A DNA stretch of 64,000 nucleotides from Octopus vulgaris (Eukaryota): the NCBI GenBank assembly GCA_951406725.2, contig OX597815.1, forward strand, positions 88,350,001 through 88,414,000, given 5' to 3'. The notes under the pieces are model-generated. The model searched no databases. It saw only the letters and a list, made by a program, of their open reading frames with translations, and was not told the origin of the DNA. How positions within the stretch are numbered: the first letter of the stretch is position 1; each line of letters opens with the position of its first letter. Positions 1-12,160 of the stretch are shown here, piece by piece. Both the position numbers and the translations under genes were made by a program.

Positions 1-537
1 AAATGACCAGAAAACAATATAGAATGACCAGAAAACAATATATTAGTGAAATGTCAAAATATTTTATTTATAAAAATAGATGTGAATTCATTCTATTTGC
101 ATGATTTATGCACCGTTCTCTCTCAGTCATTATTTCTCTGTTCCTTTCTGTACTTGTCTAAAGGACATATTTGAGTATATCACGTACTCATAATTGTAAA
201 TATAAGGGTTGTAGGCAGAAAGATAGTAACACATGGACAGAGTAACAGATGTGTGTGTGTGTATTGTATATATATATATAAAACTTGAGATATAGATAGA
301 AAGAGAAATGAGAAGGTAGACAGAAAAATATGGAGATAAGCAAAAAAATATATAATGATGGACTGAGACAAACAAAAAGAAACAGAAAAATTTACAAAAA
401 AGTTCATTAAAACATCATTCAAATAAGATAATAAAGGAAATGATATTGGTTCCTTACACAGGTATAAGGGGTAAATTTTCTGTACGGTGGGATATACTTT
501 ATATACAACTGGTTCTTATTCTAACAACTCTGGGATG

Positions 538-898
538 CTATTTACATTATTTACATTTGACGGATATTTGTCCTCATCTTGTTTGTTGCTAATACAATGT
601 TTCGGCTGATATACCCTCCAGCCTTCATAGACATATGGCTTAGTGGTTAAGAGTGCAGGCTACTAACACCAAGATTCCGAGTTCGATTCCAGGTAGTGAC
701 CTGAATAATAATAACAACAACAACATCAAAATATACCTTAGGAATGAGAACCCAGGTTCGAAATTTTCCCAAGACACCTGATGAAGGCTGGAGAGTATAT
801 CAGCCAAAACGTTGTGTATACAACAAACAAGATGAGGACAAATATCCGTCAAATGTAAATAATGTACATAATTCCTCATCTCTTAAATATAGAACTGT
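538..898 (+). mobile_element. Non-autonomous Penelope-like fold-back element with tRNA-derived segment and hammerhead motif
   Basis: 12-bp direct repeat AACTCTGGGATG at 526-537 and 899-910 (TSD). 86-bp inverted arms at 543-628 and 781-866. A box TGGCTTAGTGG at 636-646 and B box GTTCGATTCC at 681-690. CTGATGA core at 778-784. Confidence 0.75.
774..817 (+). ncRNA. Minimal type I hammerhead ribozyme motif (probably mutated)
   Basis: acac-CTGATGA-a-ggctg(gagagtatat)cagcc-AAAAC-GTT-gtgt. Stem I is acac/gtgt and stem II is ggctg/cagcc. The inverted copy (gtttc at 599-603) preserves the canonical GAAAC. Confidence 0.65.
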
Positions 899-951
899 AA
901 CTCTGGGATGATCAAAAAGTAATTTTGAACTTGCAAGATAATGGTAAAGAC

Positions 952-1299
952 TCATCATCATCATCATCATTGCTGTTGTTTAACGTCCTCTTTCCATGCT
1001 GGCATGGGTTGGACAGTTTGACTGAGGACCAGCAAGCCAGAAGGCTGTACTAGACTCTAATCTTATCTGGCAGTTTCTACAGCTGGATGCCCTTCCTAAT
1101 ACCAACCGCTCTAAGAGTGTAATGGGTGCTTTTTATGTACCACTGGCATGAGGGCCAGTCGAGTGGCACTGGCAACGACCCTGCTCGAATGGTGCATTTT
1201 ATGTGTCACCAGCATGGGAGCTAGTCAGGCGGCACTGGCAACAACCATGCTCGAATGCTTTTTATGTGCCATTGGCATGGGAGCCAGTCAGGCGGCACT
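952..1299 (-). mobile_element. RTE-clade LINE 3' UTR fragment with (ATG)n tail
   Basis: Matches 43937-44400, which is attached to an RTE ORF C-terminus. (CAT)n tail on the + strand; internal ~60-65-bp subrepeats. Confidence 0.8.
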
Positions 1300-1747
1300 G
1301 TATTAAATCTGACATTACTGTTCCAGTTATTTCTAACATTGCCTATATTGGTTGTTTGTGAAGTTAAGATGACTATAAAGTTAACAGTGTTGATTTCTTA
1401 CATTTGTACAAAACTATAAATTTATGAGGGAAGTGGGTTGGTCCTATAACATGACAAATAGCTATTTTATCTACTCAGACACAAAGTTGACTATTTGAAC
1501 TTGAAGCACAAACATCATCATGATTGTATGCTCAATTTTCAACGCTGGCATTGACTGGGCAATATGTCATGGTCCAAGTCGGATATTTGGAGTCATTGCT
1601 TTCCTAGACTGGTCAAGAGGCCACATCTTGCTCATATGTGCCTGTACTTATTTTTAAGTGTGGTACTTATTTCCTCAATATCTATTTCGTGAAGTAATAA
1701 TTTACAGTACATGAAACACACACATGTACACAGTATATATATAAGTA

Positions 1748-1785
<38 letters not shown>

Positions 1786-1789
1786 AAAA

Positions 1790-2020
1790 GGCGGCGAGCT
1801 GGCAGAAACGTTAGCACGCCGGGCGACCTGCGTAGCTGTATTTCGTCTGTCGTTACGTTCCGAGTTCAAATTCCGCCGAGGTCGACTTTGCCTTTCATCC
1901 TTTCAGGGTCGATAAATTAAGTACCAGTTACGCACTGGGGTCGATGTAATCGACTTAATCCCTTTGTCTGTCCTTGTTTGTCCCCTCTGTGTTTAGCCCC
2001 TTGTGGGTAGTAAAGAAATA
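1790..2020 (+). mobile_element. tRNA-derived SINE family A, full length
   Basis: GGCGGCGAGCTGGCAGAA head and GAGTTCAAATTCC B box. Central GCCTTTCATCCTTTC.GGGTCGATAAA resembles the Meta/MESC domain. Near-identical copies at 21129, 48088 and 58261. Confidence 0.9.
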
Positions 2021-2041
2021 TATATATAAGTAGATGTAAAC

Positions 2042-2380
2042 ATGGCTGTGTGGTTGGTAAGTTTTCTAATCACATGGTTTTGGGTCCAGTTCCACTGCAC
2101 AGTGCTTGGACAAGTGTCTTTTACTGTTGTCCCAGGGGTACCAAAGCCTTGTGAGTAGACCTTGTTGTTGGAAAATGAAAGAACACCATCCTATGTGTAT
2201 GCATGCGAGTGTTTCTGTGTGGTTGTCTATATCTGCATTCCATCTTTGAAGCTGATGGAATGTAATATTTGGAAAATAGTTAACGGTTAGCAGCAGGAAG
2301 AGCATCTAGCTTTAAAACAATATCTCAATAAATAATATCTGCGTCTAACCCATGCAAGTATGGAAAAATGAATGTAAAAC
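2042..2380 (+). mobile_element. Degenerate CORE-type SINE with RTE-like 3' end
   Basis: Head similar to the SINE at 11011. Tail CCCATGCAAGTATGGAAAA similar to the RTE 3' terminus. Confidence 0.6.
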
Positions 2381-2439
2381 AAAATATATTTATATAGTTC
2401 ATTTGCAATTTGTGACTCTGCCAGAAAAGGCCAGAATTG

Positions 2440-3047
2440 TCACTATGAAAGGCTGCTAAATGTAGAGAACACGTGGGAGGAGAGTCTGTCTAATGTGGAT
2501 CCGACAGAGGAACCAGCTATCTAAATAGACAGTAGCTTGGAAGATAAAACCATTAAGGAAATGAAGACAGGGAAAGCCCCCAGTCCATCAGGAGTCACTG
2601 CTGGGATGCTTAAAATATCTGGCAGAGCAGGATATGGTCTAGTCACCTGTGTAGTTAATCAGGTTGTCTATGAGGGAGTCATACCCAGTGACTAATGTAG
2701 CAGCATTATAGTCAAAAAGGTAAATGTGATGCCTTAGACAGAAATCATCACGGAGGTATCAAATTGCTGGACCAGGTGATGAAAGTTACAGAGAGTTAGT
2801 CTAGATGAGATGCAATTAGGTTTTGTATTGAGGAGAAGCACACCTTATGCTATATTCCTTGTAAGCAGTTGCAATAGAAGTACTTAGCCAAAAATAAAAC
2901 GCTTCACTTGGCTTTTGTTAACATGGAGAAACATGTTAACATGCATTGACCATCAGATAAGGTGGTCAATGCAGAAGCTACAGATAGATGAGTGGTTGAT
3001 GAGAACTGCACAAGCTATGTACAGGGATACTGTCTGTAAGGTGAATG
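2440..3047 (+). pseudogene. RTE-clade LINE reverse transcriptase fragment (frameshifted, stops)
   Basis: Translates in pieces to HYERLLNVEN..., IKEMKTGKAPSPSG, GIKLLDQVMKV, LDEMQLGF, LHLAFVNMEK and WSMQKLQIDEWLMR..AMY, which are typical RTE RT motifs. Confidence 0.85.
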
Positions 3048-3132
3048 CTGGCCACAGCATTATAGTTTTTCTTGTAAGACTGATAGGCTTTAAGAGTCGC
3101 TGATGAAGGATTGGTTCTCAGCCTCCTCTTAA

Positions 3133-3268
3133 GGAAGGGCATCCAGCTGTAGAAACTCTGCCAGATCAGATTGGAGTCTGGTGCAGCCATCTGGTTCGCC
3201 AGACCTCAGTCAAATCGTCCAACCCATGCTAGCATGGAAAGCGGACGTTAAATGATGATGATGATGAT
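3133..3268 (+). mobile_element. RTE 3' terminal fragment with (ATG)n tail
   Basis: GGAAGGGCATCCAGCTGTAGAAAC...GCATGGAAAGCGGACGTTAAATGATGATG, the same terminus as at 6850-6986 and 43937. Confidence 0.8.
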
Positions 3269-3799
3269 ATCTCTATATATTTAAAACTGAGAATCTGTGT
3301 CTGTCTGTCTGTGTGTTTCTCTAAAACTTGAGAACTACACAACCAATTTCATTCAAATTTTACACATGCCTTACTTAAGGTCCGGGGAGTGTGATGGGCA
3401 AAATCTTAACTTTTTCCCTAGGGCGACCCCACAGCAATATCATATCTTCTCCACTATTTCAGTATTACATGTTAAAAGTGAAACAAAAACATCTCTGTTT
3501 CTGTTATGCAGACACTTTCACTATTAAAGTGAAAGTATTATATAACAGGGATGAACCATTAACAATGGTCATCCATTTAGCTAGAAGATCCGCTATGGTC
3601 TTATATGCTACACCACTGGTTTTCAATTCATATAAATCAAATTAATATTCAATTTTTCACCCTTATGTGTGTGTGTGTGTATTAGCAATTCGTATAAAAT
3701 TGCATCAATGACTTCAACTTGAATAAGTGGTTTCACATAAATGGAGATAAATTAAAAAGGTTTGTTGCTTTTATTATTACTGTTTGACTATTGTAATCA

Positions 3800-4185
3800 A
3801 AAATTTTTCACTAATTTTCCTCAAAATTATTGAAAAATTTTTTGGAAATTTTCCCCAAAATTAAAAAAAAACTTTTTGAAAATTTTCACCAATTTTTGAA
3901 AAATTTTTTGGAAATTTTCCCCAAAACTTTTTGAAAAATTTTTTGAAAATTTTCACCCAAAATTTTTCAAAATATGTTTTGAAACTTCTCACCCAAAATT
4001 TTTCAAAAAATTTTTTGAAAATTTTTCCCGAATTAATTTCAAATAATTTTTCTAAAATTTTGTGGAAAATTTTCAAAAAATATTTCAAAGATTTTTGGGG
4101 AAAATTTTCAAAAAATTTTCAAAAATTGTTTAAAAAAAAATTTTGGGGAAAATTTTTCAAAATGTTTTGGTAAAAATTTTCAAAA
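3800..4185. repeat. A/T-tract low-complexity array with inverted halves
   Basis: Left units such as TTTTGAAAATTTTCCCCAAAA; right units are the reverse complement, TTTTGGGGAAAATTTTCAAAA. Confidence 0.8.
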
Positions 4186-4438
4186 GCCATAGCTTTTTGA
4201 CGGCGTCTAACAAAAGAAACAAGATAAAGAAGAGAGGCAGAGAGTTTCACGGGAAAGACAAAGTGAGAGAGGGAGAGAGAGTAAGTGACGACGTTCATAA
4301 AAATCTATGTTCAGCCATAGCTTTCTGACGGAGTCTAACAAAAAAAACAAGATAAAGAAAAGTGGAAGAGAAGCAGAGTTTCACGGGAAAGACAAAGTGA
4401 GAGAGGGAGAGAGAGAGTAAGTGACGACGTTCATAAAA
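4185..4438. repeat. Tandem duplication of a ~125-bp unit
   Basis: AGCCATAGCTTT.TGACGG...GTGACGACGTTCATAAAA occurs twice (4185-4302 and 4313-4438). Confidence 0.9.
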
Positions 4439-6329
4439 TATAAAATTTAAAATGTTTTGTCTTTTCTTAAACACGAGATATAGTGTTCAAATTCAGGATG
4501 TTTTTGAAAGACACTATTTTATAATCATAGTATATATACTTTCTCACACAACAATTACAATATATTTATTTTAAATCATTTATTTATTTTAAATCGTTCA
4601 TCTTTCTCTCCCCCCTCTCTCTCACACACATTACTTTGGGTGCGAAAGAGTTTTGTTCTTATTTTACGCCGAGTAAAAAAGTGTTTTGTTGACAATCCAT
4701 TTATTTAACAACAAAGAAACAAAGAGGTGAGTAGCAATTTGTCAGTGAATTGCACAATATAGATGGGTACAATTTCCGAGGCTTCCACCACACCCACTCC
4801 GTTTTACGGACCACAAAAAGGGTTTTGTAGCATATTAGGAGGCCAGAGTAGTTGATTCCACGCAAAAAAAACCCAATTATGCGAAAATCGTGCGAGTGTT
4901 AATCTACAAATCTAACTACATTTTTCCATTCATTTCTGTTTATGAACATGTATGCATGCACAAAACATGCAATAGGTGTACGTACGTACATGTGTGTTCA
5001 TGTCTGTTGCCCATATATATTTATATTATATTATATAATATATATATATATAATATATATATAACATAACCAATTTCAACGGATTTTGCCCAAATTTGAA
5101 GTCGATATTACTTAGTTTGGTTTGAAATAAAGAACTTGATTAGCTTAATAATCGTAACTTAATCCCGGGCAAGGCTGGGTTATACTGCTTGTATATATAA
5201 AACCAATGAAAAAATAAAAGAACGCTTTTTAGCCTTATGTCAGTCTTGATCCAATAGACCAATGATGAAAGGCATTCCAGCAGTGATCACCCAGTCTTTT
5301 GAAGGATATTTAGGACTATATTATTTGATTGTCCTTTAAGACAGGGATGGAGATTTGGCTGCTATTTCAAGTGGTCAAACAACTGCAATGATTTCTTTGT
5401 TCTAACATATGATGACAGAACTACTATCTATTTGTACAAAACAATTCATTTACTCAGGTGATATCTAAGACTGAATCAGGACAAAACTTAACAGTTTACT
5501 CAAATGCTGTTAGACTGATATTAACTGTCACAGACATGCTAAGGAATTTACATTTCAAACTAAATTTGTTAGTTACTATAAATTGACTCAGTAAACAAAT
5601 TTTGGTTTTATTTATATTTCCTAAAACAATTTTGGCTACACAAACATTTTATTAGATTTTTTTCTTATGCTTGTTTAGTACGTTTATGGTAAATAGATAA
5701 AGCAATTTATTTATTGGTAGACCTTAGTGATGAGAGGTAGAGGAAGATTGCACAGTTGAAGGAATCACAACAGAATTAAAAACCATTCAACCATTTATGG
5801 TTTCGATTTTTGTACAGTGAATTGAAAGTAAAATATTATGGTATATTAAATCTGAGTCTTGGCAGAGTTTCTTGGAAAAAGAAAACGAAAAAATATTACG
5901 CTATCGGAAAAAAAAAAACAACAAAAAAACTATCCTATCAAAAGTGTTAGTGTGAAGAGGTGTATTAGGAAGCCTACCATTATAATTTGTCTTTAGTCTT
6001 CATTAACATATCACCATCTCCATTATGTAAAAATATCATATGGAGCTATTCTCCAATACCATTAACAAATTAGGGAAGGTTAAGTTTTTCTTGATATAAT
6101 AAAACATGACTCAAAAACAACTATTGCATACATTTTGATTTTCAAAGTAGGTCATTTTCATTTATATAAAAATAAAAAAATATTCAAATTTCTGGTCCAT
6201 AGTTATTTTACACTCATTTTTCTTTTTTTTTAAAGCACCCAGTTCACTATATTACATTACAGGACAAATTTGTCAAAGTTTACTATAAATCCCTCTTCAT
6301 TAGTAGAAGAGTGAATACGGATATTAAAA

Positions 6330-6614
6330 TCATGTTAAGACAACACCTCTAAAAACACAACAGGTACTGTTTCCTTCCAAAAGTGTTGGCCAAAGAAATT
6401 CCAGAATATCATCACTTGTTGAATCTGATGTATGGAAGCGTGTATGAAAGTTTGGATTGAAAGTCCGTGAATCATAGCTGATGATGTAGCGTGGATTTTG
6501 AACATTTAATGCCCAAGACACTCGAACACATTCTTCAATATACTGTCTTAGACCAGAACTTTGGCGGAGGCATGGATAATCATACAAGGTCAAATATATT
6601 TGGGAGCAAACTTC
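6330..6614 (-). CDS. MIEAP (mitochondria-eating protein/SPATA18-like) domain protein, terminal exon
   Basis: Acceptor ttttgcag|GAA, phase 0. Encodes EVCSQIYLTLYDYPCL...CVRVSWALNVQNPRY...FHTRFHTSD...FLWPTLLEG..CVFRGVVLT, then TGA. This resembles the MIEAP C-terminal signature. Confidence 0.88.
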   Translation of the reverse strand, partial: EVCSQIYLTLYDYPCLRQSSGLRQYIEECVRVSWALNVQNPRYIISYDSRTFNPNFHTRFHTSDSTSDDILEFLWPTLLEGNSTCCVFRGVVLT

Positions 6615-6668
6615 CTGCAAAAGAGTAATGATAGATGAAATTATATAAATGATTAAATGATATGAGTA

Positions 6669-6706
<38 letters not shown>

Positions 6707-6986
6707 CTGCGGATGGATGAGGAGAGATGTGTGAAGAAGTGCCACTCCCAAACAGTTGAAGGTATCAGGGGGAGAGGTAGCCTCCCCTGCCACCTGTGCT
6801 GGTGGCACGTAAAAAGCACCCACTACACTCATGGAGTGGGTGGTGTTAGGAAGGGCATCTAGCTGTAGAAACACTGCCAGATCAGACTGGAGCCTGGTGC
6901 AGCCTCCTGGCTTCCCAGACCCTGGTCGAACCATCCAACCCGCTCTAGCATGGAAAACGGACGTTAAACGATAATGATGATGATGA
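6707..6986 (+). mobile_element. Internally deleted RTE 3' end
   Basis: LRMDEERCVKKCHSQTVEGIRGRG (RTE ORF C-terminus) is joined directly to the distal 3' UTR and (ATG)n tail. Confidence 0.8.
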
Positions 6987-7895
6987 TATATATATATATA
7001 TACACACACACACTCATATATAGAAATGTATTTTTATGATATCTTTACTTGCTGGGAATGTAGAAAATACTGTGCCAGAAGGTGGAATGAAATGTCATAT
7101 GAAGGCTCATTAAAGCAATATTGTTACACCTATTGCATGAGACACCCATCATTGCCACACTTGTAAAAAAAAGTGTAAGACCCCAGCAGAACTGAAAAGC
7201 TGTATCTGTGCTGCCAATGTTTAAGAGAACAATCATGTAATGGAATTACTTCCAGTCAAGTTACAGCCATCATTCATGTATGTACATATGAATGTCTGTA
7301 GATACACATACACACATACGTGCTAGTGTGTGTATAGTATACAGAATTAAATATAAATGTTCACCTTTTTATTGCAGAAATCAGATATTCACTCAAAATT
7401 TCATTACCCTTAACAGCAGAAGCATTTTTTCTATACCTATCTATCTTTTGTTAAAGAATGTCATGTTTGAAATTATTTTTTTGTTGAGATATGTCAAGCT
7501 TGAGGCAATGTGACTTGCAGAAAATACTAATTCTATTTTTTTGTAGATATTTAACAGCATTACTGCAATAATAATCATGAAATTTACTTTTGCAGTTAAA
7601 GGGTTGATAGATTTATTGGGTAATTACACATTTCTGCTGAGACTAGTCTCATGATATTGTAGTTTAGTTTTCCAAGTCTCTGTTTCCATTCAGTTGTTTT
7701 ATAATCTATTGCATGATGAAAGTCTTAATATGATGTCACCAACTTATTTATGCTTGTTGTAGGCTCACCTGTACATGTTAACCACTGGAGTACTATCCAA
7801 TCCACAATTGGTCAACTGAATTTTTTTTGTAGTCATTATACCAAATCAGAAACAAAGTTGACTATGCAAGAAGTTGAACTCAGAGTGCAGACATC

Positions 7896-8109
7896 ATGGC
7901 TGAGCAGAGAAGAAGCTTGCTTTTCAATCATGTGGTCTTGGATTCAGTCCGACTGCATGGCACCTTGGGCAAGTGTCTTCTACTATAGCCCAGGGCCAAC
8001 CAAACTGTGAGTGGATTTGGTAGATGGAAACCAAAATAAACCCATCATATATGATGGCCAAGCTGGTTGAAACTTTGAAGTTACTGTCAACAACATTATT
8101 GTATAAGAA

Positions 8110-8143
<34 letters not shown>

Positions 8144-8390
8144 AAACGTGCGTGTGTGTGTGTGTCTATGTACCCTTGTCTTAGATATCCCATAATAGTT
8201 GTAAATGAACATCACTCATACAAGTGAGGTTCTTTGTTTTCAGGCTTCCATGAAAAACATTTCTCACTATGAAAACAAAACAGATGAGGGTTGGCAACAT
8301 GAAGGGCATACATCCATAGAAAATCTGCCTCAACAAATTCCGTCTGACCCATGCAAGCATGGAAAAGTGGACATCACAATGATGAAGATA
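7896..8390 (+). mobile_element. Degenerate CORE-type SINE with RTE-like tail
   Basis: GGCACCTTGGGCAAGTGTCTTCTACTATAGCC core and internal (TG)n. Tail CCCATGCAAGCATGGAAAAGTGGAC...ATGATGA. Confidence 0.7.
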
Positions 8391-8603
8391 TATAGGGAGA
8401 AATAAATGGTTGGCTGTTATTTCGAGTAGATCAGGCTGTTATTTCTAGTAGGTCAGGAGCTGTCATATACTGTAGTAAAAATAACCTGGAAAGATAGAAG
8501 GCTAACATGAAATTGTAATAAGAGATTACCTATAACCCCCAAAAAAGCCAGGAAATCCTAATAAAGGGAATAGAAATAAATTGTAAAATAACCATGAAGT
8601 TAC

Positions 8604-8789
8604 CTCAGCATTAGCTGAACAGTCATAACGGTCCACAGTCTTCCTTATGTAATCATCAATCTCAGCTTCCAGTGTTAAAGATGGCAGGTCATTACTTTGG
8701 TTGTTAATGTCACTGACTTGAATACGAAGTAAATCTCGGACTTTACTTTTTAAATCCAACAAAGAGTTGAGTGTTGAACGAAAAGCCAA
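8604..8789 (-). CDS. MIEAP-domain protein, internal exon (186 nt, phase 0-0)
   Basis: ttttcag|TTG ... GAG|gtaact. Encodes LAFRSTLNSLLDLKSKVRDLL...RYDCSANAE and joins in frame to both neighbours. Confidence 0.88.
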
Positions 8790-10142
8790 CTGAAAATAAT
8801 GAGGTAATAAATATTGAAGCACACTTTTTAGGAGGTATAAGCAACACTGAATCTAATTTGAATATTAAGGGTTATGGCAGCAAAATTAGTTGATAAGGTG
8901 CAATTCCTTTTCATGAAATAGTGTAAGTAGAAGGGTTCAATGTCCATGATTATTGCAGACTCCCACAGACTTGATTACATTGGTGTGGTGGTTGTTCTGC
9001 ATGATCTTCTGTGTGTCAACGTCTAGGGAGCCTATACATAGCCACTTATCTGCTAGAAATAGCAGCAAAATCTCTCAAATCACATTTTGCTCTCTAAAAA
9101 TGAAGATAAACACACATATGTAGTCTGAAATAAACTATATCTACAAAACTGAGATGGCCTTTCTTGGAGTGCTTTTAATCAAAGTCTGCTCAATCTTGGC
9201 TGATCTGTGGCTAAGCAACAATAATAACATGAACAAGGAAATGAGTACCAGTAAACTGAGACAGTAGAGATAACAAAAGAAAGCATGGAAAATGTGTTAT
9301 GTGAGCTGAGGTAGCATTTGGTAGGACATAATCTAGAATGTCTGTGTAACTGCAGCACCATCAAATAAGTGATCAATATTTTAATGTAATTCTTGAGCCA
9401 TGTAGATTTGAACCCTCAAACAAATTGGATTAATGATTGATAAATAGCTAGGGATGGAGTGGGTCAAGGTAAATGAAAGGTGAAGTAAGAAATAAATATT
9501 TCTGTTCAATTATTGGTTGATGTAGCTCAGAGAAATGGTTGACAGGTTTGAAATGAGGTAAGAGGGGCTGATGATTGATGATAGCTGTGATAGAGGGGAA
9601 ACCAAGGAAATAATGAATGTAGCATGATGGACAATGTTGTAAATGGCAAATAAGAATGAACAGAACAGATTGTTTATTAAGAGCACAAAGTTCTTAAATG
9701 GCTAGCATAGACACATCTGTCAATAATTACAATAGTTGTTAGAGCATAACCCCACTCCTTTTATTAAGGAAACGTTTCACTAATAACATCAGACCATCAA
9801 GCAATCTTATATAAGCGTGAAATACAGCCCTTATTAAGGAAGTATTTGAGAGCTTGCCTGAAGCTTCCCTCGGATCGTTTCAAGTCTAATAACGTTAGAA
9901 AAGCATGGCTAAGGTATAATTTAGGCCTGTAATACAGAAAAGATTTAATTTTGGAAGTTCTGGAAGCTTGTTATAAATGCTTAAGATATAATTATCACTC
10001 TGATATGAATAAGTTGCTCATTAATTTAGTTATACACAACTACAGATAACTGTATTCTAACTGTGCTTACATTGAAAGTTTCTTAACAATATTTAAACTA
10101 TATTTGTAACAAAGTCACAAGTGTATGGACCATAACACTTAC

Positions 10143-10353
10143 CACAACGACAGAGAATAGAATCTTTGTCTTGAGATTATCATACTGGGCTATTTCTGGA
10201 ATAGAATCAAGATCATCAGCAGCTTCCACTCTTGTTTCACTATAAAGGTTACCATAGAGACGGATAAGTTCTGTTGGTCGTTTTTCATTCAAAGACAAAT
10301 CTTCAAAATGGCTGTTTGTGATGGTAAACTGTTTCTGAACTTGTTCCGATAAT
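10143..10353 (-). CDS. MIEAP-domain protein, internal exon (211 nt, phase 2-0)
   Basis: ctcctgaag|A ... GTG|gtaagt. Encodes LSEQVQKQF...FEDLSLNEKRPTELIRLYGNLYSETRVEAADDLD...ILFSVVV, including the RP..L...Y..LY motif of MIEAP-like proteins. Confidence 0.88.
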
Positions 10354-11010
10354 CTTCAGGAGAAAAATAAAATCAGAGAAAGTAGTTAAAGCTACAGCCG
10401 ACAATATCACATTCTTGAATGGGATGAACTGCTCATCATTGGAAGTTGCTAAATTAAACTGGACCTTAAACATTTTAAATGACATCACCACACTTTAGTG
10501 CAAACTGACTCCCCTACAAATACTTCAATTTCCAATCTTCTTTAATCTTGTAAAAGAAAAGATATAGGATGGAAGATTGGCTTGTTAGGGATCCTGCTAA
10601 TTTCAAGAAATTTTGAGGAAGGATATACAGGATAGTTTCCTCTTGACAACTCAAGACTCCACACTGAACACTAGAATTTGATACTGTAAATTAGTGTAAA
10701 CATGTTAATTGCACAATGTCCTCCTCACTTTTTACAACTGTGTGCTTTATCCACTCACAGAGTCTATTGATATTTAGAAGAACTGAGTGAATATGAATCA
10801 AATAAAGTACCAATAATAGGATGCAAACTATCAAACATTCATGATATCATCTAGATCAGTGTCTCAATTTCATATTTACTATTTTGCAAGTTTCTGTACA
10901 TGGACAGTAATCATGCTGTAGCACAGATTTGTATGGTTACTTATTCTGTCAGTCTTTTTTTTTCTTTTATCAAACTGCTAAGTTACAATGACGTAAAAAA
11001 AAAAAAACAA

Positions 11011-11387
11011 GAGTGGCTGTGTGGTAAGTAGCTTGCTTACCAACCACATGGTTCCGGGTTCATTTCCACTGCATGGCACCTTGGGCAAGTATCTTCTACT
11101 ATAGACTCGGGCCGACCAAAGCCTTGTGAGTGGATTTGGTAGACGGAAACTGAAAGAAGCCCGTTGTATATATATGTGTGTGTGTGTGTGTGTGTTTGTC
11201 CCCCCATCAACATCACTTGACAACCGCTGCTGGTGTGTTTACATCCCCGTAACTTAGCGGTTTGGCAAAAGAGCCCAATAGAATAAGTACTAGGCTTACA
11301 AAGAATAAGTCCCGAGATCGATTTGCTCGACTAAAGGTGGTGCACCAGCATGGTCACAGTCAAATGACTGAAACAAGTAAAAGAGTA
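11011..11387 (+). mobile_element. tRNA-derived CORE-type SINE family B, near full length
   Basis: GAGTGGCTGTGTGGTAAG head, ACCTTGGGCAAG core and tail ...GACTGAAACAAGTAAAAGAGT. Inverted near-identical copy at 34854-35243. Confidence 0.9.
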
Positions 11388-12160
11388 ACCCAATATCATT
11401 TGTCAAGTGATGGGAGGAGAAACACAAACACTATGTCATACATACATGCATACCATGGATCTCTCACAGTTCCTGTCTATCAAGTTCACTAACAAGACAG
11501 TGACCAGATCAAAATGCCACACAATAGGACTAAACCTGAAGCCACATGGTTGCAAAACAGGCTTAATCTCTCAGCCATGTCTGTGCCTGTGTGTTAACCC
11601 TAAAATCCCAACCCTAAAACCGGTACAAACACACGAACGATGTCATAAATAACAGTGACAAACGATAGTTGTTGTCGACAAACAACAGCAGTAATTTTAT
11701 TCATCTGAAAACACGTCATTGATTGGTTGAAATTACCGAAATACGACAACTTTAACACGAAATAACTTTGAAAATATAAACTTTTCTCTCGTTGTCAAAT
11801 AATGGAACAAAATAGAGAAAAAAAGGATTTGCCATTGCTACTACATGGGGAAGCTGAAGACTTAAGGACAGTAAACAGTCAATGTTTGTAAAAGTTAAGA
11901 ATCCCTGCAAACAGCATTAAACAATAAAAGTGAGACTGACGAGCTAATGAGGGAGCTTATGTGGTCACCTCAGCTGCTAGAAATAACACTCAGGTTTCTC
12001 TCAAATCACTCCTGTCTCAAGAATGTGACACATTAAATTAGACTAGGGTAAACAATACTAAAGAAAAGACTGAGTCATCATGGCTTGAATGGAGTTACGA
12101 AAGGGTTTACTCAGGCTCAAACAACAAAAAAACAAGTGGAATACAATAAGGAGGCGATAC

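Larger units (their letters stand above)
3270..5191 (+). mobile_element. Non-autonomous Helitron (~1.9 kb)
   Basis: 5' end A|TCTCTATATAT followed by (CTGT)n. 3' imperfect GC hairpin CCCGGGCAAGGCTGGG at 5164-5179, then CTTG|T (CTAG variant). Ends resemble those of the element at 27072-28500. Confidence 0.65.

Noticed and set aside
631-700. tRNA gene
   Set aside because: A and B boxes are present, but the acceptor and anticodon stems do not form a cloverleaf; it is tRNA-derived only.
3050-3125. Additional hammerhead starting CTGATGA at 3100
   Set aside because: It is truncated before GAAA by the adjacent RTE fragment, so it cannot be called as a ribozyme.
3861-4173. Lys/Phe-rich amphipathic-looking ORFs on both strands
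   Set aside because: These are translations of the A/T-tract array, with no splice or expression evidence.
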